A stretch of DNA of 64,000 nt, taken from positions 22,185 through 86,184 of the forward strand of contig JALHMX010000012.1 in NCBI GenBank assembly GCA_022843825.1, written 5' to 3'. Under the pieces are notes generated by a model, which worked only from the letters and a program-made list of their open reading frames with translations, made no database searches and was not told where the DNA came from. Shown in pieces: positions 48,633-58,333 of this stretch. The position numbers were made by a program, and so were the translations under genes. Source of the stretch: Pseudobdellovibrionaceae bacterium. Its GTDB lineage: Bacteria > Bdellovibrionota > Bdellovibrionia > Bdellovibrionales > Bdellovibrionaceae. The first letter of the stretch is position 1, and each line of letters starts with the position of its first letter.

Positions 48633-49388
48633 TTAAATAAACCTATGGGCCAGCCAGTTATTCTGCTGTGCCTTTGTTTGAAGTTCAGATTCGGTTTTGT
48701 AAATAGCATCATCTCTAGAGGCAGCACTGACGGCTAATCTTAAAGCCGAAGAGGTATTTAATAGTTCCCAGTCTCCCATAGTATTGCCACAACAAAGAAA
48801 AGGTTTAAGGCCGTTAGTTTTTTTAAGCAGGGCTTCAACCTTCCCTTGACGATAAGTCACAGGGTAGACCGGCTGATCAGTTATGATATCTCCTTCAACG
48901 AAGGTTTCTACTCCAAGAATATTTTCCTTGGGTATTCCTAAAGCCTGAGCTCCGGGCTGCACCGCCAAAGTTATAGAAGCGGTCACCACATAGACAGTAA
49001 CATCACTTTTTATAAGCAATTCAACCAATTTTTTTTGTTCACTAAATATAGGATTAGGTTGAATACTTTGAAAAGCGGCTTGCGCCCATTGATGAACTTC
49101 GCCTAGATTTTTGTTCTTATTAATTTGTGCTAACCACATAAAAGCGGATCGGGGATCGTTATCCAGTTTTTTAAGATCAAGATAATACTGCATAGGATTA
49201 CTGGGAAGATCGACCAGCTTGTTATCGATTTGATATTGAAAAAAATTTTCGCCTAAATCTGTATCCCACAAAGTTCCATCGGCATCAAAAGCTGCTACTA
49301 GCGGTATGCCTTTAGATTTATATGTATCAATCGTATTTTGAACCAAGGTCCAATACTCAGAGGGGTAAGCTTTATAATTCATTGTCAT
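48633..49388 (-). CDS. HAD-superfamily hydrolase
   Basis: Motif I FDADGTLWD, with later HAD motifs (VVTAS; GNTMGD). Confidence 0.75.
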   Translation of the reverse strand: MTMNYKAYPSEYWTLVQNTIDTYKSKGIPLVAAFDADGTLWDTDLGENFFQYQIDNKLVDLPSNPMQYYLDLKKLDNDPRSAFMWLAQINKNKNLGEVHQWAQAAFQSIQPNPIFSEQKKLVELLIKSDVTVYVVTASITLAVQPGAQALGIPKENILGVETFVEGDIITDQPVYPVTYRQGKVEALLKKTNGLKPFLCCGNTMGDWELLNTSSALRLAVSAASRDDAIYKTESELQTKAQQNNWLAHRFI

Positions 49389-49464
49389 AGATTACGCTGT
49401 TATAGCATAACGTATCAATGAAATTTTGCAGACATTTAGTCGATCTCGTATCAGAATTAAGACT

Positions 49465-49914
49465 ATGAAGGTAGATTATCGAATAGCTCAGATGTCCGAC
49501 TTAGAAGCCATATATCAGTTTTCAGAAGAAAAACTAAAAGAACTTGTACCTGATGATACCGAGCGAATGATGAAAATATGGGATTCACGTTTTCGCAAGG
49601 AAGCGTTGGAGCATTATCTAAAATTAGGATGGAGCTTTGTGGCTGAGGACGATAATCAGCGAATTCAAGGATATTTTTTGGGCCAACCCTTGCTGTTTTT
49701 TGAGGGCAACACTCAAACTCTTTGGGTAGAGCACATCCAAGCGTCTCAAGAAAATATTGCGGCGGACCTGGTGGAGATTTCTTATAAGCTTTCTAGAGAA
49801 AAGCATTTTCAAAAAGTTATCTTACCGCAAAGTGCGTTTTCAATTTTAGATTTAAAAGACATTAAATATCAAAAACAATCAGACTCTTGGATTTGGTGTA
49901 AAACTACAAAATGA
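49465..49914 (+). CDS. Small cytoplasmic protein, weakly GNAT acetyltransferase-like
   Basis: Start moved to ATG 49465. The size and beta-alpha pattern resemble a GNAT, but no clean acetyl-CoA motif is visible. Confidence 0.4.
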   Translation: MKVDYRIAQMSDLEAIYQFSEEKLKELVPDDTERMMKIWDSRFRKEALEHYLKLGWSFVAEDDNQRIQGYFLGQPLLFFEGNTQTLWVEHIQASQENIAADLVEISYKLSREKHFQKVILPQSAFSILDLKDIKYQKQSDSWIWCKTTK

Positions 49915-51545
49915 AAAATTTTTCCTACAAAACTCGTGAAAAAAATATTGAGCTGCTCACTCAGCAGGAATTCGACTTATTAATTATTGGCGGTGGAATT
50001 ACTGGGGCAGGAGTGGCTCGTGATGCATCAGCCCGCGGGTTAAAAGTAGCACTTATCGAAGCACACGACTTTGCTTTCGGAACGTCTTCTCGCTCAAGCA
50101 AATTAATTCACGGGGGAATTCGCTATCTTGAAAATATGGAATTTCACCTTGTGTTTGAAGCCTTGTCTGAAAGGTCAAAACTTTTTGCAATGGTTCCTCA
50201 CTTAGCCCACCCTTTACGATTTGTTATTCCACTCTATGAAAATAGCCGAGTCGGGATGTTTAAAATGGGCTTAGGCATGATGTTATATGATGGCTTGGCA
50301 CTATTTAAAACACCGGAGATGCATGAGCGGTTGAACGCCTTTGAAACTATCGAAAGATATCCTATTGTTAATTCACACCAACTTAAGGGATCTTATGTTT
50401 ACTCTGATGGGTATATGGATGATGATCGTTTAGTGCATGAGACCTTGCGCGCGGCTAACGAAAATGGAGCCCTATGTGTGAATTACATGAAAGCTGCTGA
50501 TCCACACTATCATGGTGATGCCATTACTGCTGTTGATGCAGTGGATGTTAAAACAAATCAAAAACACACAATAAAAGCTAAATACATCATCAGCACGGTA
50601 GGGCCGTGGACGGACTTAGTAGGAGCCCAGCTTATCGATCACTGGAAAAAAATTCTTCGTCCTACAAAGGGTGTGCATTTAACGTTTTTAAAAGAAAAAA
50701 TTAAGCTCGACAGTGCCGTGGTTATGGCCGCTGAAAAAAGCGATCGTATTGTGTTTGCAATCCCCCGTCATGAAATGGTCATTGTAGGGACTACGGACAC
50801 GGATTTTAAAGATCACCCAGAAACGGTTTCTGTTACACCAGAAGATGTTGAATATTTATTACAGATAACTAATCAGTACTTTCCCGGGGCTAAATTAACC
50901 GCGCAAGATATTGTATCCTCCTATGCTGGTGTTAGGCCTTTGGTGCAAGATCAATCGGCTACCGAGGGAAAAACCAGTCGAGAACATACCATTATACATG
51001 ATCCAGCTGGAGTGACTTTTGTCGCTGGCGGAAAATACACGACTTATCGTTTGATGTCTGAAGAAGTTGTTGATCAAGTTTTGAAATTTTTTCCCTTAGA
51101 GATTCGCGCCGCTTTAAGACGTTGTGATACTGAACAGCCGCTAAACAATTATACCAGCGAAGATGCATATGCACAGGCCTTGAATCTGACACTTCATACC
51201 GATGATTCTCATTACCTTTTAGCTGAACGCTACGGCATGGAATACGAAAATATACTTAAAAACTTCAATCAATATAAAAACTATTGGCAGCTTGAGGCAG
51301 CTCAGGCCATTCACACCACGATGTGCTTAACAATGGTGGATTTTTACACTCGCAGAGTGCCGCTATTCTTGGCCCTTAAGGATCATGGTTTATCTTTAAT
51401 GGAAGAGATCGGGCAGGTATTCGAGAGCGAATTACAATTAACACCTGCCGAGATTAAACAACAGAAGCTGGACTTACAGTCTTATGTTGATAAAGAGTTT
51501 TCGTGGCGCAAAGCTTTTAACGTGCGCCCAATAAATACGAATTAA
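49911..51545 (+). CDS. glpD: FAD-dependent glycerol-3-phosphate dehydrogenase
   Basis: FAD motif DLLIIGGGITGAGVARDA, GTSSRSSKLIHGGIRY and a GlpD-type C-terminal domain. Confidence 0.9.
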   Translation: MKNFSYKTREKNIELLTQQEFDLLIIGGGITGAGVARDASARGLKVALIEAHDFAFGTSSRSSKLIHGGIRYLENMEFHLVFEALSERSKLFAMVPHLAHPLRFVIPLYENSRVGMFKMGLGMMLYDGLALFKTPEMHERLNAFETIERYPIVNSHQLKGSYVYSDGYMDDDRLVHETLRAANENGALCVNYMKAADPHYHGDAITAVDAVDVKTNQKHTIKAKYIISTVGPWTDLVGAQLIDHWKKILRPTKGVHLTFLKEKIKLDSAVVMAAEKSDRIVFAIPRHEMVIVGTTDTDFKDHPETVSVTPEDVEYLLQITNQYFPGAKLTAQDIVSSYAGVRPLVQDQSATEGKTSREHTIIHDPAGVTFVAGGKYTTYRLMSEEVVDQVLKFFPLEIRAALRRCDTEQPLNNYTSEDAYAQALNLTLHTDDSHYLLAERYGMEYENILKNFNQYKNYWQLEAAQAIHTTMCLTMVDFYTRRVPLFLALKDHGLSLMEEIGQVFESELQLTPAEIKQQKLDLQSYVDKEFSWRKAFNVRPINTN

Positions 51546-52162
51546 ACCATGGACTTTGTTAAATCACGAACCTTTTTAGAGGCATAGTTTTCAGAAACAA
51601 AGTTCCAATTAATATGATTCCAAAAAGTCTCAAGATACTTTTGACGTGCGGTTCGATAATCCACGTAGTAAGCGTGCTCCCATACATCAGCTACGCAAAG
51701 CGGAGTTGGACCGTTACCCGTGAAAGGCACCGCCGCATTCGAGGTAGATACCAAAGACAGCTTACCTGAAGCATCAGCACATAACCAAATCCAACCTGAT
51801 CCGAAAGTTTTAACTCCGCCATCGACGAATTTAGTTTTTAACTCATCCATCGATCCGAAATCTTTTTTAATTGCAGTCTCTAGTTCTGCTGATGGCTTTC
51901 CACCTTGTCCTGCAGGTGAGATATTGAACCAGTAAAAAGTGTGATTCCAAATTTGTGCAGCATTATTAAAAACTCCACCTGAAGAGGAAAGTACGATTTC
52001 TTCTAAGGATTTCCCCTTTAATGAAGGATCGGTCTCAAGAAATTTATTCAAATTATCGATATAAGCTTTATGATGTTTATCGTAATGAAACGTCATTTGC
52101 TCTTCATTTAAGAAGGGAGCTAAACCTGTTTTAGGATATGGTAAAGTTGGTAATTTAAACAT
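51542..52162 (-). CDS. sodB: Superoxide dismutase (Fe-type)
   Basis: HHDKHH, AAQIWNHTFYW and DVWEHAYY motifs. Confidence 0.9.
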   Translation of the reverse strand: MFKLPTLPYPKTGLAPFLNEEQMTFHYDKHHKAYIDNLNKFLETDPSLKGKSLEEIVLSSSGGVFNNAAQIWNHTFYWFNISPAGQGGKPSAELETAIKKDFGSMDELKTKFVDGGVKTFGSGWIWLCADASGKLSLVSTSNAAVPFTGNGPTPLCVADVWEHAYYVDYRTARQKYLETFWNHINWNFVSENYASKKVRDLTKSMV

Positions 52163-52187
52163 TTTGTTCTCCTTGTGAAAATAGACT

Positions 52188-53495
52188 TTAACTATTTAAC
52201 ATCTGTCTGACAAAGGTAGGAAGAGTAAACGCAGCGCCGTGAAGATCTTCGTTATAGTATTTAAGGGACTTTTCGCCACTTAAACTGTCTACAAACTTTT
52301 TTACTTGATCTAATTTAACATCTTTAACGGGACTATATTGTCCCTTAACAGCTAATTGCAGGCTCCACATACCTGATGGGTAGGTCGTGGCATGAAATAG
52401 CATAGTATGTACGCTATTTTTGCCGAAAACATTTTTTAGACAACTGTTTAATTCAACAAAAGTTTTTTGATGAAACATCGGTGATTCACCCTGAGTAATT
52501 AAAACACCGTTGGTTTTTAATGCTTTCATGCAGTTTTTATAAAATTCAGTGGTAAATAAGCCTTCCGCCGGCCCTGCGGGATCAGAGCCATCAACAATAA
52601 TGACGTCGTATTGCTCAGACTTGGTCTCCGCAACAAACTTGATTCCGTCTCCGATAATCAGATTTAATTTTGGATTAGAAAATTCACGGGCAATCGAGGG
52701 TAAATGCATTTTACACGCACGAACAACAGCCTCATCAATTTCGACCATGGTTACTTTATCTAAAGTGTTATATTTAAAAAGCTCACGAATGGTTCCCCCA
52801 TCGCCACCTCCGATAACTAACGCATTTTTAACAGGCCCCTGAATAGCTTGAAAGGCTTGAACTGCGGGGTGAGTGATCATCTCATGATAATGAAATTCAT
52901 CTTTTTCCGTACACATAACCATGTCATCTATGGTTAACATTTTACCGTAAGCATAGGATTCAAGTACACGTACGCGTTGAAAAGGGGAAACCTCGTCGAA
53001 TAAAACATTACCCGTGTAACGAAGTGACAATGCTTGGTTTTCATCTTTGTCTGTGAACCAAACATTACGATTAATTTTGTAACCTTTTGATGGGTCATAG
53101 TTTTCAGCATCATTTGGTTTTACTTGTATTCCATCTCCTTTTTTAATGACGTGTGTAGATCCGCGATTCATTTCAAGGGCCGAGTATGAGGCCCCGAAGG
53201 CTTCTTTTAAATGTTCAAATGACACCCAAGGATCGACTGAGTCTCCGCAGGTAAACAAATCCACAGCGGCATAGCGGTATTCAGGCCAAGTATGAATGGC
53301 TAAGTGACTTTCTTGAATGACCACGACGCCAGATACTCCATAGGGTGAAAAATGATGAAAGGTGGAATTAATAACCGTTGCGCCTGCGATTTGCGCGGCT
53401 TCAACCATGGCTTTTTCAATTTGAACGACGTCGTTTAAGACATCCGCTTTACAGTTTAAAAACTCAACTAAAATATGGCGACCTAATGCTTTCAT
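52188..53495 (-). CDS. Fused S-adenosylmethionine decarboxylase (SpeH-type) and spermidine synthase (SpeE)
   Basis: The N-terminal ~120 aa carry the pyruvoyl self-cleavage site VIQE|[10 protein letters not shown] (Ser63 codon 53307-53309). The C-terminal part carries [20 protein letters not shown] and [12 protein letters not shown]. Confidence 0.88.
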   Translation of the reverse strand: MKALGRHILVEFLNCKADVLNDVVQIEKAMVEAAQIAGATVINSTFHHFSPYGVSGVVVIQESHLAIHTWPEYRYAAVDLFTCGDSVDPWVSFEHLKEAFGASYSALEMNRGSTHVIKKGDGIQVKPNDAENYDPSKGYKINRNVWFTDKDENQALSLRYTGNVLFDEVSPFQRVRVLESYAYGKMLTIDDMVMCTEKDEFHYHEMITHPAVQAFQAIQGPVKNALVIGGGDGGTIRELFKYNTLDKVTMVEIDEAVVRACKMHLPSIAREFSNPKLNLIIGDGIKFVAETKSEQYDVIIVDGSDPAGPAEGLFTTEFYKNCMKALKTNGVLITQGESPMFHQKTFVELNSCLKNVFGKNSVHTMLFHATTYPSGMWSLQLAVKGQYSPVKDVKLDQVKKFVDSLSGEKSLKYYNEDLHGAAFTLPTFVRQMLNS

Positions 53496-53548
53496 TACTT
53501 TTCCTATCCTCGTTTTGTAGAATTGGAAAAATAGGGCCTACGAGCCGT

Positions 53549-54487
53549 TCACGCAAGTGTTTTTTTGTTAAAACGAATCTCAAAGGAATGGTGAATTTTT
53601 TGGTCGTGACAGTCTATGGGAATCGTCTTTTCAGAGGTGTTTTTGACAAAAAAATCGTTTTCTATCTGTGGATCAAGTTTAAACTTTCTTTTATTTGTGG
53701 AAAAATAGAGTACTCCGTCAGATTTTAAAAATTTTAGGGCATCTAAAATGATCTTTTTTTGGTCGCGCTCTACTTCGAAATCTTCATCCATTTCTTTAGA
53801 ATTTGAAAATGTTGGCGGATCTAAAAAAATCACATCAAAAGATTGCTTATAATCTGGCCACTCAGAGGCTTGTTGCAGGAATTCCAGAGCATTTTGTTCG
53901 ATAAAACGATGCTCAGTTAGAGGTATCTCGTTTAATTTAAAATTATCCTCGGCCCAAGATAAATACTTTCCGGACATGTCGACACTGACGGTTTTAGCGC
54001 CACCCAGAGCAGCCATCAAAGACACTACTCCGGTGTAGCAAAATAGATTTAACATTTTTTTGTTTTTTGAATTTTTTAAGAAAAAGTAACGAAGAGGGCG
54101 ATGATCTAAAAAGAGTCCGGTATCCAGATAGTCCCATAAATTGACGTATACGGGATGCGAGTTCTCTAAAACGATCAGTCTTTCGTTTTTAGCACTTAGT
54201 TTTTGATACTGATTGGTGCCGGCCTGACGTTGGCGTTTTTTTACGATAATTTTTTCATCAGAAATTTGGAGTAAATTTTTAACTGCACTTACTACGGCTT
54301 CATCTTTACTTTTGCCTTCATCAATCAGCTCAGTTTTATCATAAATCACAACATAATCTTTGTAGATATCAATTAAAAAAGGAAATTCAGGAATATCTTT
54401 ATCATAAAGTCGAAAGGCTTCGGTTTTAGACTTATCAAACCAGGGTTTAAGTTTTTTGTAGTTTTTTTCAAGTCGTCCGGAAAGCAT
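53549..54487 (-). CDS. Class I SAM-dependent rRNA methyltransferase (RlmK/RlmI-like)
   Basis: LNLFCYTGVVSL SAM-binding motif and the FLDPPTFS catalytic motif. Confidence 0.8.
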   Translation of the reverse strand: MLSGRLEKNYKKLKPWFDKSKTEAFRLYDKDIPEFPFLIDIYKDYVVIYDKTELIDEGKSKDEAVVSAVKNLLQISDEKIIVKKRQRQAGTNQYQKLSAKNERLIVLENSHPVYVNLWDYLDTGLFLDHRPLRYFFLKNSKNKKMLNLFCYTGVVSLMAALGGAKTVSVDMSGKYLSWAEDNFKLNEIPLTEHRFIEQNALEFLQQASEWPDYKQSFDVIFLDPPTFSNSKEMDEDFEVERDQKKIILDALKFLKSDGVLYFSTNKRKFKLDPQIENDFFVKNTSEKTIPIDCHDQKIHHSFEIRFNKKTLA

Positions 54488-54625
54488 AAATTACATATTA
54501 CATAGAGTGGCGCCAGTGTAAAAGAATTACTCAATTTGAGACAGTGTACTCAATTATATGCGTTTTAAGACGGCTATGGATTTGCTTTAGAACTTGTATT
54601 GATAGTTTTATACAGAGAGGTTTTT

Positions 54626-55807
54626 ATGAAATTACAGAAATTAGTGGCTTTATCGTTACTTTCAGTTGTTTTAGTAGCTTGTGGTGGAGGGAAATCCAAT
54701 CAAGGCGGCAACCAACGAATCCAGGACAATCAAGGTACTGATGGACCAGTAACGACGCAACCGAATCAACCATATAAAGAACTTAAAGAAGAAGAAATCC
54801 TTCGTGAGTGTTCCACTGCAGATGTGGCCATAATTTCATTATTTGAGAATTCAGTTAAAAAGTCAGATACATTGATTACAAACTCTAAGGGCAAAAGAAG
54901 TGATAGTGCTATCTTAGCTGGAGTAGATGCGATCAGATCTTGTGATGGTTTAATAGCACTATTAGATTCAGTAGGTGCGTGTCGTTGGAATAAGAAGACA
55001 GTTGTAAGTACGACCGTCCTTTTCTATGACCAGTACCGAGTTGATCAAAGATGTCAAAATACTGAGTCCTATTTGACGCGTTATGATTCGCGTCCGCCTA
55101 AGGAAAAACAACCTCCTGTAGCGCCACCCGTAAAGCCTCAGCCGCAACCTCCAGTTGTTAATCCTGCACCTGTTCCTCCATCTCCACCAGTAAGTGGTTC
55201 TTTGCGAAAATGTACAGATGCGGAATTTTCAAAGCTTGCTGATGGTCTGAATAAGAAAAACGATGTAGCTGATGCTTTAGTAAGTAAGCAAGGCGATTTT
55301 AAAAATTGGAAATACGATGGCTCTACTGTGAGTAGCGCTGCTACAGCGACAAAGGCTTGTGAAGATTTAATCGCTTATCATGATCAACAACCATGTGAGC
55401 GTAGCAAGCAGTATACTGGCGCTATATTGCGACAACGTTGTGAAAAAGTTCGTAGTTATTACTATGAGTTTGTTCAAAATAAGACGACTTTGAATTTTAA
55501 AAATGCTGATTTATTTTTAGATGTATCAAATTTTAATACCAAGTACTTTGAAGTTGATTATGTTAATACTGTTGTGGGCTGTCGTACTGAGAATGTGTCT
55601 GGCCAAGTCATTGATTATAGCCAGTCAAGTGCAGTGTTGGTTAAAGACACGCATTTTGAAGGTCAGATGATGTCTTTAAAGACGAACGAGGGATTATTAA
55701 TTCAATGTTATGGATTAGGAATTGGGTCTGCGTTTAGTAAACGTGAAATCGTTCGTTTGCTTAAAGAGGGCGGAGCTAATTTACCGTTAATTTATCGTCT
55801 GAAGTAA
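54626..55807 (+). CDS. Lipoprotein with two 4-Cys repeat domains separated by a Pro-rich linker
   Basis: Start at ATG 54626 after GAGAGG, and lipobox LVACGG. The Pro-rich tract PPVAPPVKPQPQPPVVNPAPVPPSPP separates two similar Cys-patterned modules. Confidence 0.6.
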   Translation: MKLQKLVALSLLSVVLVACGGGKSNQGGNQRIQDNQGTDGPVTTQPNQPYKELKEEEILRECSTADVAIISLFENSVKKSDTLITNSKGKRSDSAILAGVDAIRSCDGLIALLDSVGACRWNKKTVVSTTVLFYDQYRVDQRCQNTESYLTRYDSRPPKEKQPPVAPPVKPQPQPPVVNPAPVPPSPPVSGSLRKCTDAEFSKLADGLNKKNDVADALVSKQGDFKNWKYDGSTVSSAATATKACEDLIAYHDQQPCERSKQYTGAILRQRCEKVRSYYYEFVQNKTTLNFKNADLFLDVSNFNTKYFEVDYVNTVVGCRTENVSGQVIDYSQSSAVLVKDTHFEGQMMSLKTNEGLLIQCYGLGIGSAFSKREIVRLLKEGGANLPLIYRLK

Positions 55808-56211
55808 TTTAAAAAAAATGGGAATGACCCCCCAGAATTATTTCTGTGGGGTTTCGAGTTGCTGTTTCAAGAAGAATCTAATGTTGTCTTATATTCCTGA
55901 AAGGTCACTCCCGCAAGCCTTAAGGGAAGGGCACAATTATTTGCTGTGTCTTTAGAGTTAATTATTTTTTACTCTTTCACAATCACAATTTTTTTATATT
56001 TAACTGCATCAGAGTTCTCCACAAAATTTAGAATGAAAAATGTGGAGAAGTGAAATTTAAAAATTACTTTTTCGATAGCCACTAGATCTAGTGGCAGTAA
56101 AATTTTGTAAAAACTTTTTTCGATGTTGATAACTTGGTGTAAAACAGTCTCATAATGAAACAGCACTTATTTTTGGAAGTACACAGGATGTTCCTGTGTT
56201 AAGATATAACA

Positions 56212-56994
56212 ATGAAATACAGCCATCTTATATTTGCATGCTTGTTTTTGGCGACTTTAAATTCTTATGCTCAATCAACTGGTGGAAGCCCACGAACCAC
56301 CACTAAGCGACCGTGGTTACTTTCGAGCGCCGACGACGCCGCTGAAGCTAAACGATTTACGCTTTCAGAGTGGATGGCGAATAAACAGAAATCTCAGATG
56401 ATGGATGCATGGATGGGCTACAATACCAATGCTCCTGATCCTTATGAATTTAAGTTCGGCTTTAATTTGCGTGATTATGATTATACTCAATCTAGTGCAG
56501 GAACGACTTTGTTATCTAAGGCGTATAAAAGTTATGACGGCGAGTTTTCGGCCTATGCCCGAAATGTCGGTTTAACGCTTCAGTATCAAAAAAACGACGA
56601 AGAAGAGTTTAACGACACGACCGGAATATTTAATGTACGGATTCTAGGAATGGGATTGCAGAACACACATTTTTCTTTGCATTATGGTTTAAGAACTCGC
56701 GAAAATTCTGGCAATGACTCACGCATGAATCATCAATTTGCAGCGGCAACATTGCAGCTGTATGTATTCCAAAGCTTCGGTATTTTAGGCCACTATCGCC
56801 AATATTTTAAATCTTCCGAATCTGTCTACGGGGTAACAGAAGGTACCGAATACCAAGCCGGCGCCTATTTGGAATTCGGCCGCTTGCGGTTGCTGGGAAA
56901 TTACTTCGAAGAAAATAGCAGCTCCACGATTAATGCTACAATGACCGACCATCAACGCAAAGGCACGCAGGTCGGCTTCCTTATTCATTTTTAA
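56212..56994 (+). CDS. Probable outer-membrane beta-barrel protein (hypothetical)
   Basis: Signal peptide (LATLNSYAQ), alternating-hydrophobicity strands rich in Tyr/Gly, and a C-terminal Phe (...GFLIHF). Confidence 0.55.
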   Translation: MKYSHLIFACLFLATLNSYAQSTGGSPRTTTKRPWLLSSADDAAEAKRFTLSEWMANKQKSQMMDAWMGYNTNAPDPYEFKFGFNLRDYDYTQSSAGTTLLSKAYKSYDGEFSAYARNVGLTLQYQKNDEEEFNDTTGIFNVRILGMGLQNTHFSLHYGLRTRENSGNDSRMNHQFAAATLQLYVFQSFGILGHYRQYFKSSESVYGVTEGTEYQAGAYLEFGRLRLLGNYFEENSSSTINATMTDHQRKGTQVGFLIHF

Positions 56995-57053
56995 AAGGTG
57001 CCAGGCTACTTTTCGTAATGCAGTGCCTAACGAAAAGTAGCCTGGCACCTTTT
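56993..57053. repeat. REP doublet / perfect hairpin between convergent stop codons
   Basis: AAAAGGTGCCAGGCTACTTTTCG - 15-nt loop - CGAAAAGTAGCCTGGCACCTTTT, a perfect 23-bp stem. The arms are identical to the RAYT-flanking arms. Confidence 0.85.
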
Positions 57054-57702
57054 AGCGAATTTCTAAAATTTCGTCGACAGGGAAGCGGACCTTTTTATTT
57101 TTTTGGTATTTGTCGTCGGCAGCGCGGTAGCCGCAGGCCACAGCAGCAATGGTTCTCCAGCCGGTGCCCTCTAAACCCAGGACTTTGTCGAATTCTGCAG
57201 GATTAAGTCCTTCCATAGGTAAAGTATCAATTTCCATTAAAGCCGCTGTTGTTAGTAATGAACCCATAGCAATGTAAGTTTGACGTTGTGCCCACCAACT
57301 TATCGTATCAAAGCGAGGACTCTTAAGTAGATCGTTGACCATTACATTTTTGTATTTATCTAGATTTGCGATATCAATACCTAGTGTAGCGGCCATTTGG
57401 TGAATATGTTTTTCTATGTGGGGCTCATCCATTTTTTCTTTATAAGTAAAAACTATAAAATGAGAGCTATCAGTCACCGGAGTTTGGCCCCAAGCCCATG
57501 GCAGTAGTTGTGCGCGTATCGCTGGATCCTGCACCAGTATAAACTTCCAAGGTTGTAAACCATAAGATGATGCCGATAATCGCAATGATTCGACCAGAAT
57601 ATTCCAGTCATTTTCCCGGATTTTTTTTGTTGGATCAAATTTTTTACACGCGTATCGCCAGTTAAGCTGCTTGTGAATCACTTCATTATCTACGCGCGCC
57701 AT
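57052..57702 (-). CDS. NAD(P)H nitroreductase family protein
   Basis: RYACKKFDP N-terminal motif, SSYGLQPWKF, and a 216-aa length typical of NfsB/oxygen-insensitive nitroreductases. Confidence 0.85.
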   Translation of the reverse strand: MARVDNEVIHKQLNWRYACKKFDPTKKIRENDWNILVESLRLSASSYGLQPWKFILVQDPAIRAQLLPWAWGQTPVTDSSHFIVFTYKEKMDEPHIEKHIHQMAATLGIDIANLDKYKNVMVNDLLKSPRFDTISWWAQRQTYIAMGSLLTTAALMEIDTLPMEGLNPAEFDKVLGLEGTGWRTIAAVACGYRAADDKYQKNKKVRFPVDEILEIR

Positions 57703-57726
57703 GGGAGTTCCTTTTTAATGTTACGT

Positions 57727-58224
57727 CTATCTGGTGGAAAAAGATGACGCTGTAAATTTTGACTTAGTGTAGGCTTCTTTAAGGTCATTATTTTGCGCGG
57801 CAACTCTCCAAAAATACTTTGTGCCTGGTTCTAAATTATTTACTTCAAAAGATGTATCAGTTAAAGCCTGATTATTCACGACATACATAGATCTGTTGTT
57901 GAAGCCTGCGTCTTTCGATACTTGTAAATGATAAACTTTAGCGTTGTCTGAAGGGGTCCACTCTAGTTTTACTGACGTACCATTTATTGAAGATAAAAAT
58001 TTTGGAGAAACAATTTTTACCACCGCAGGCACAGCAATTTTAGACTTATTAGGTTGAAGTTCTGGTAAAACATGCTCAACTTGTTCTACTCGCTTAGCCG
58101 TCCAATCTTTATTGAAAGATTTGCATGAAGCATCTGTCTCTGGCGAACATGCTGGGCCAGCTTGCGGAGCTGCCGCTGTGTATGATGATACGATCAGGCT
58201 TAAAATAAATACACGAAATTTCAT
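57727..58224 (-). CDS. Secreted protein with a fibronectin type III-like domain
   Basis: Signal peptide, then VKLEWTPSDNAKVYHLQVS...LEPGTKYFWRVAA, which matches the FN3 pattern. Confidence 0.55.
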   Translation of the reverse strand: MKFRVFILSLIVSSYTAAAPQAGPACSPETDASCKSFNKDWTAKRVEQVEHVLPELQPNKSKIAVPAVVKIVSPKFLSSINGTSVKLEWTPSDNAKVYHLQVSKDAGFNNRSMYVVNNQALTDTSFEVNNLEPGTKYFWRVAAQNNDLKEAYTKSKFTASSFSTR

Positions 58225-58333
58225 ATAAACTCCTCTGGAAGATTAGAACTTTAAAAGTGCCTGGACGGATGAAAATCGTCAAGATTTAGCTTAATCTCTT
58301 GTGTTCTAAATATGTTTAATGCTACAACATCAG

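Noticed and set aside
55969-56166. 65-aa minus-strand ORF in the 404-bp intergenic region
   Set aside because: It has AT-rich, Phe/Ile/Lys-dominated composition and no RBS, and it spans the palindromes. It is probably non-coding.
57018-57206. 62-aa plus-strand ORF
   Set aside because: It starts inside the REP hairpin loop and runs antisense to the nitroreductase gene, giving an Arg/Gln/Ser-rich nonsense-like sequence.
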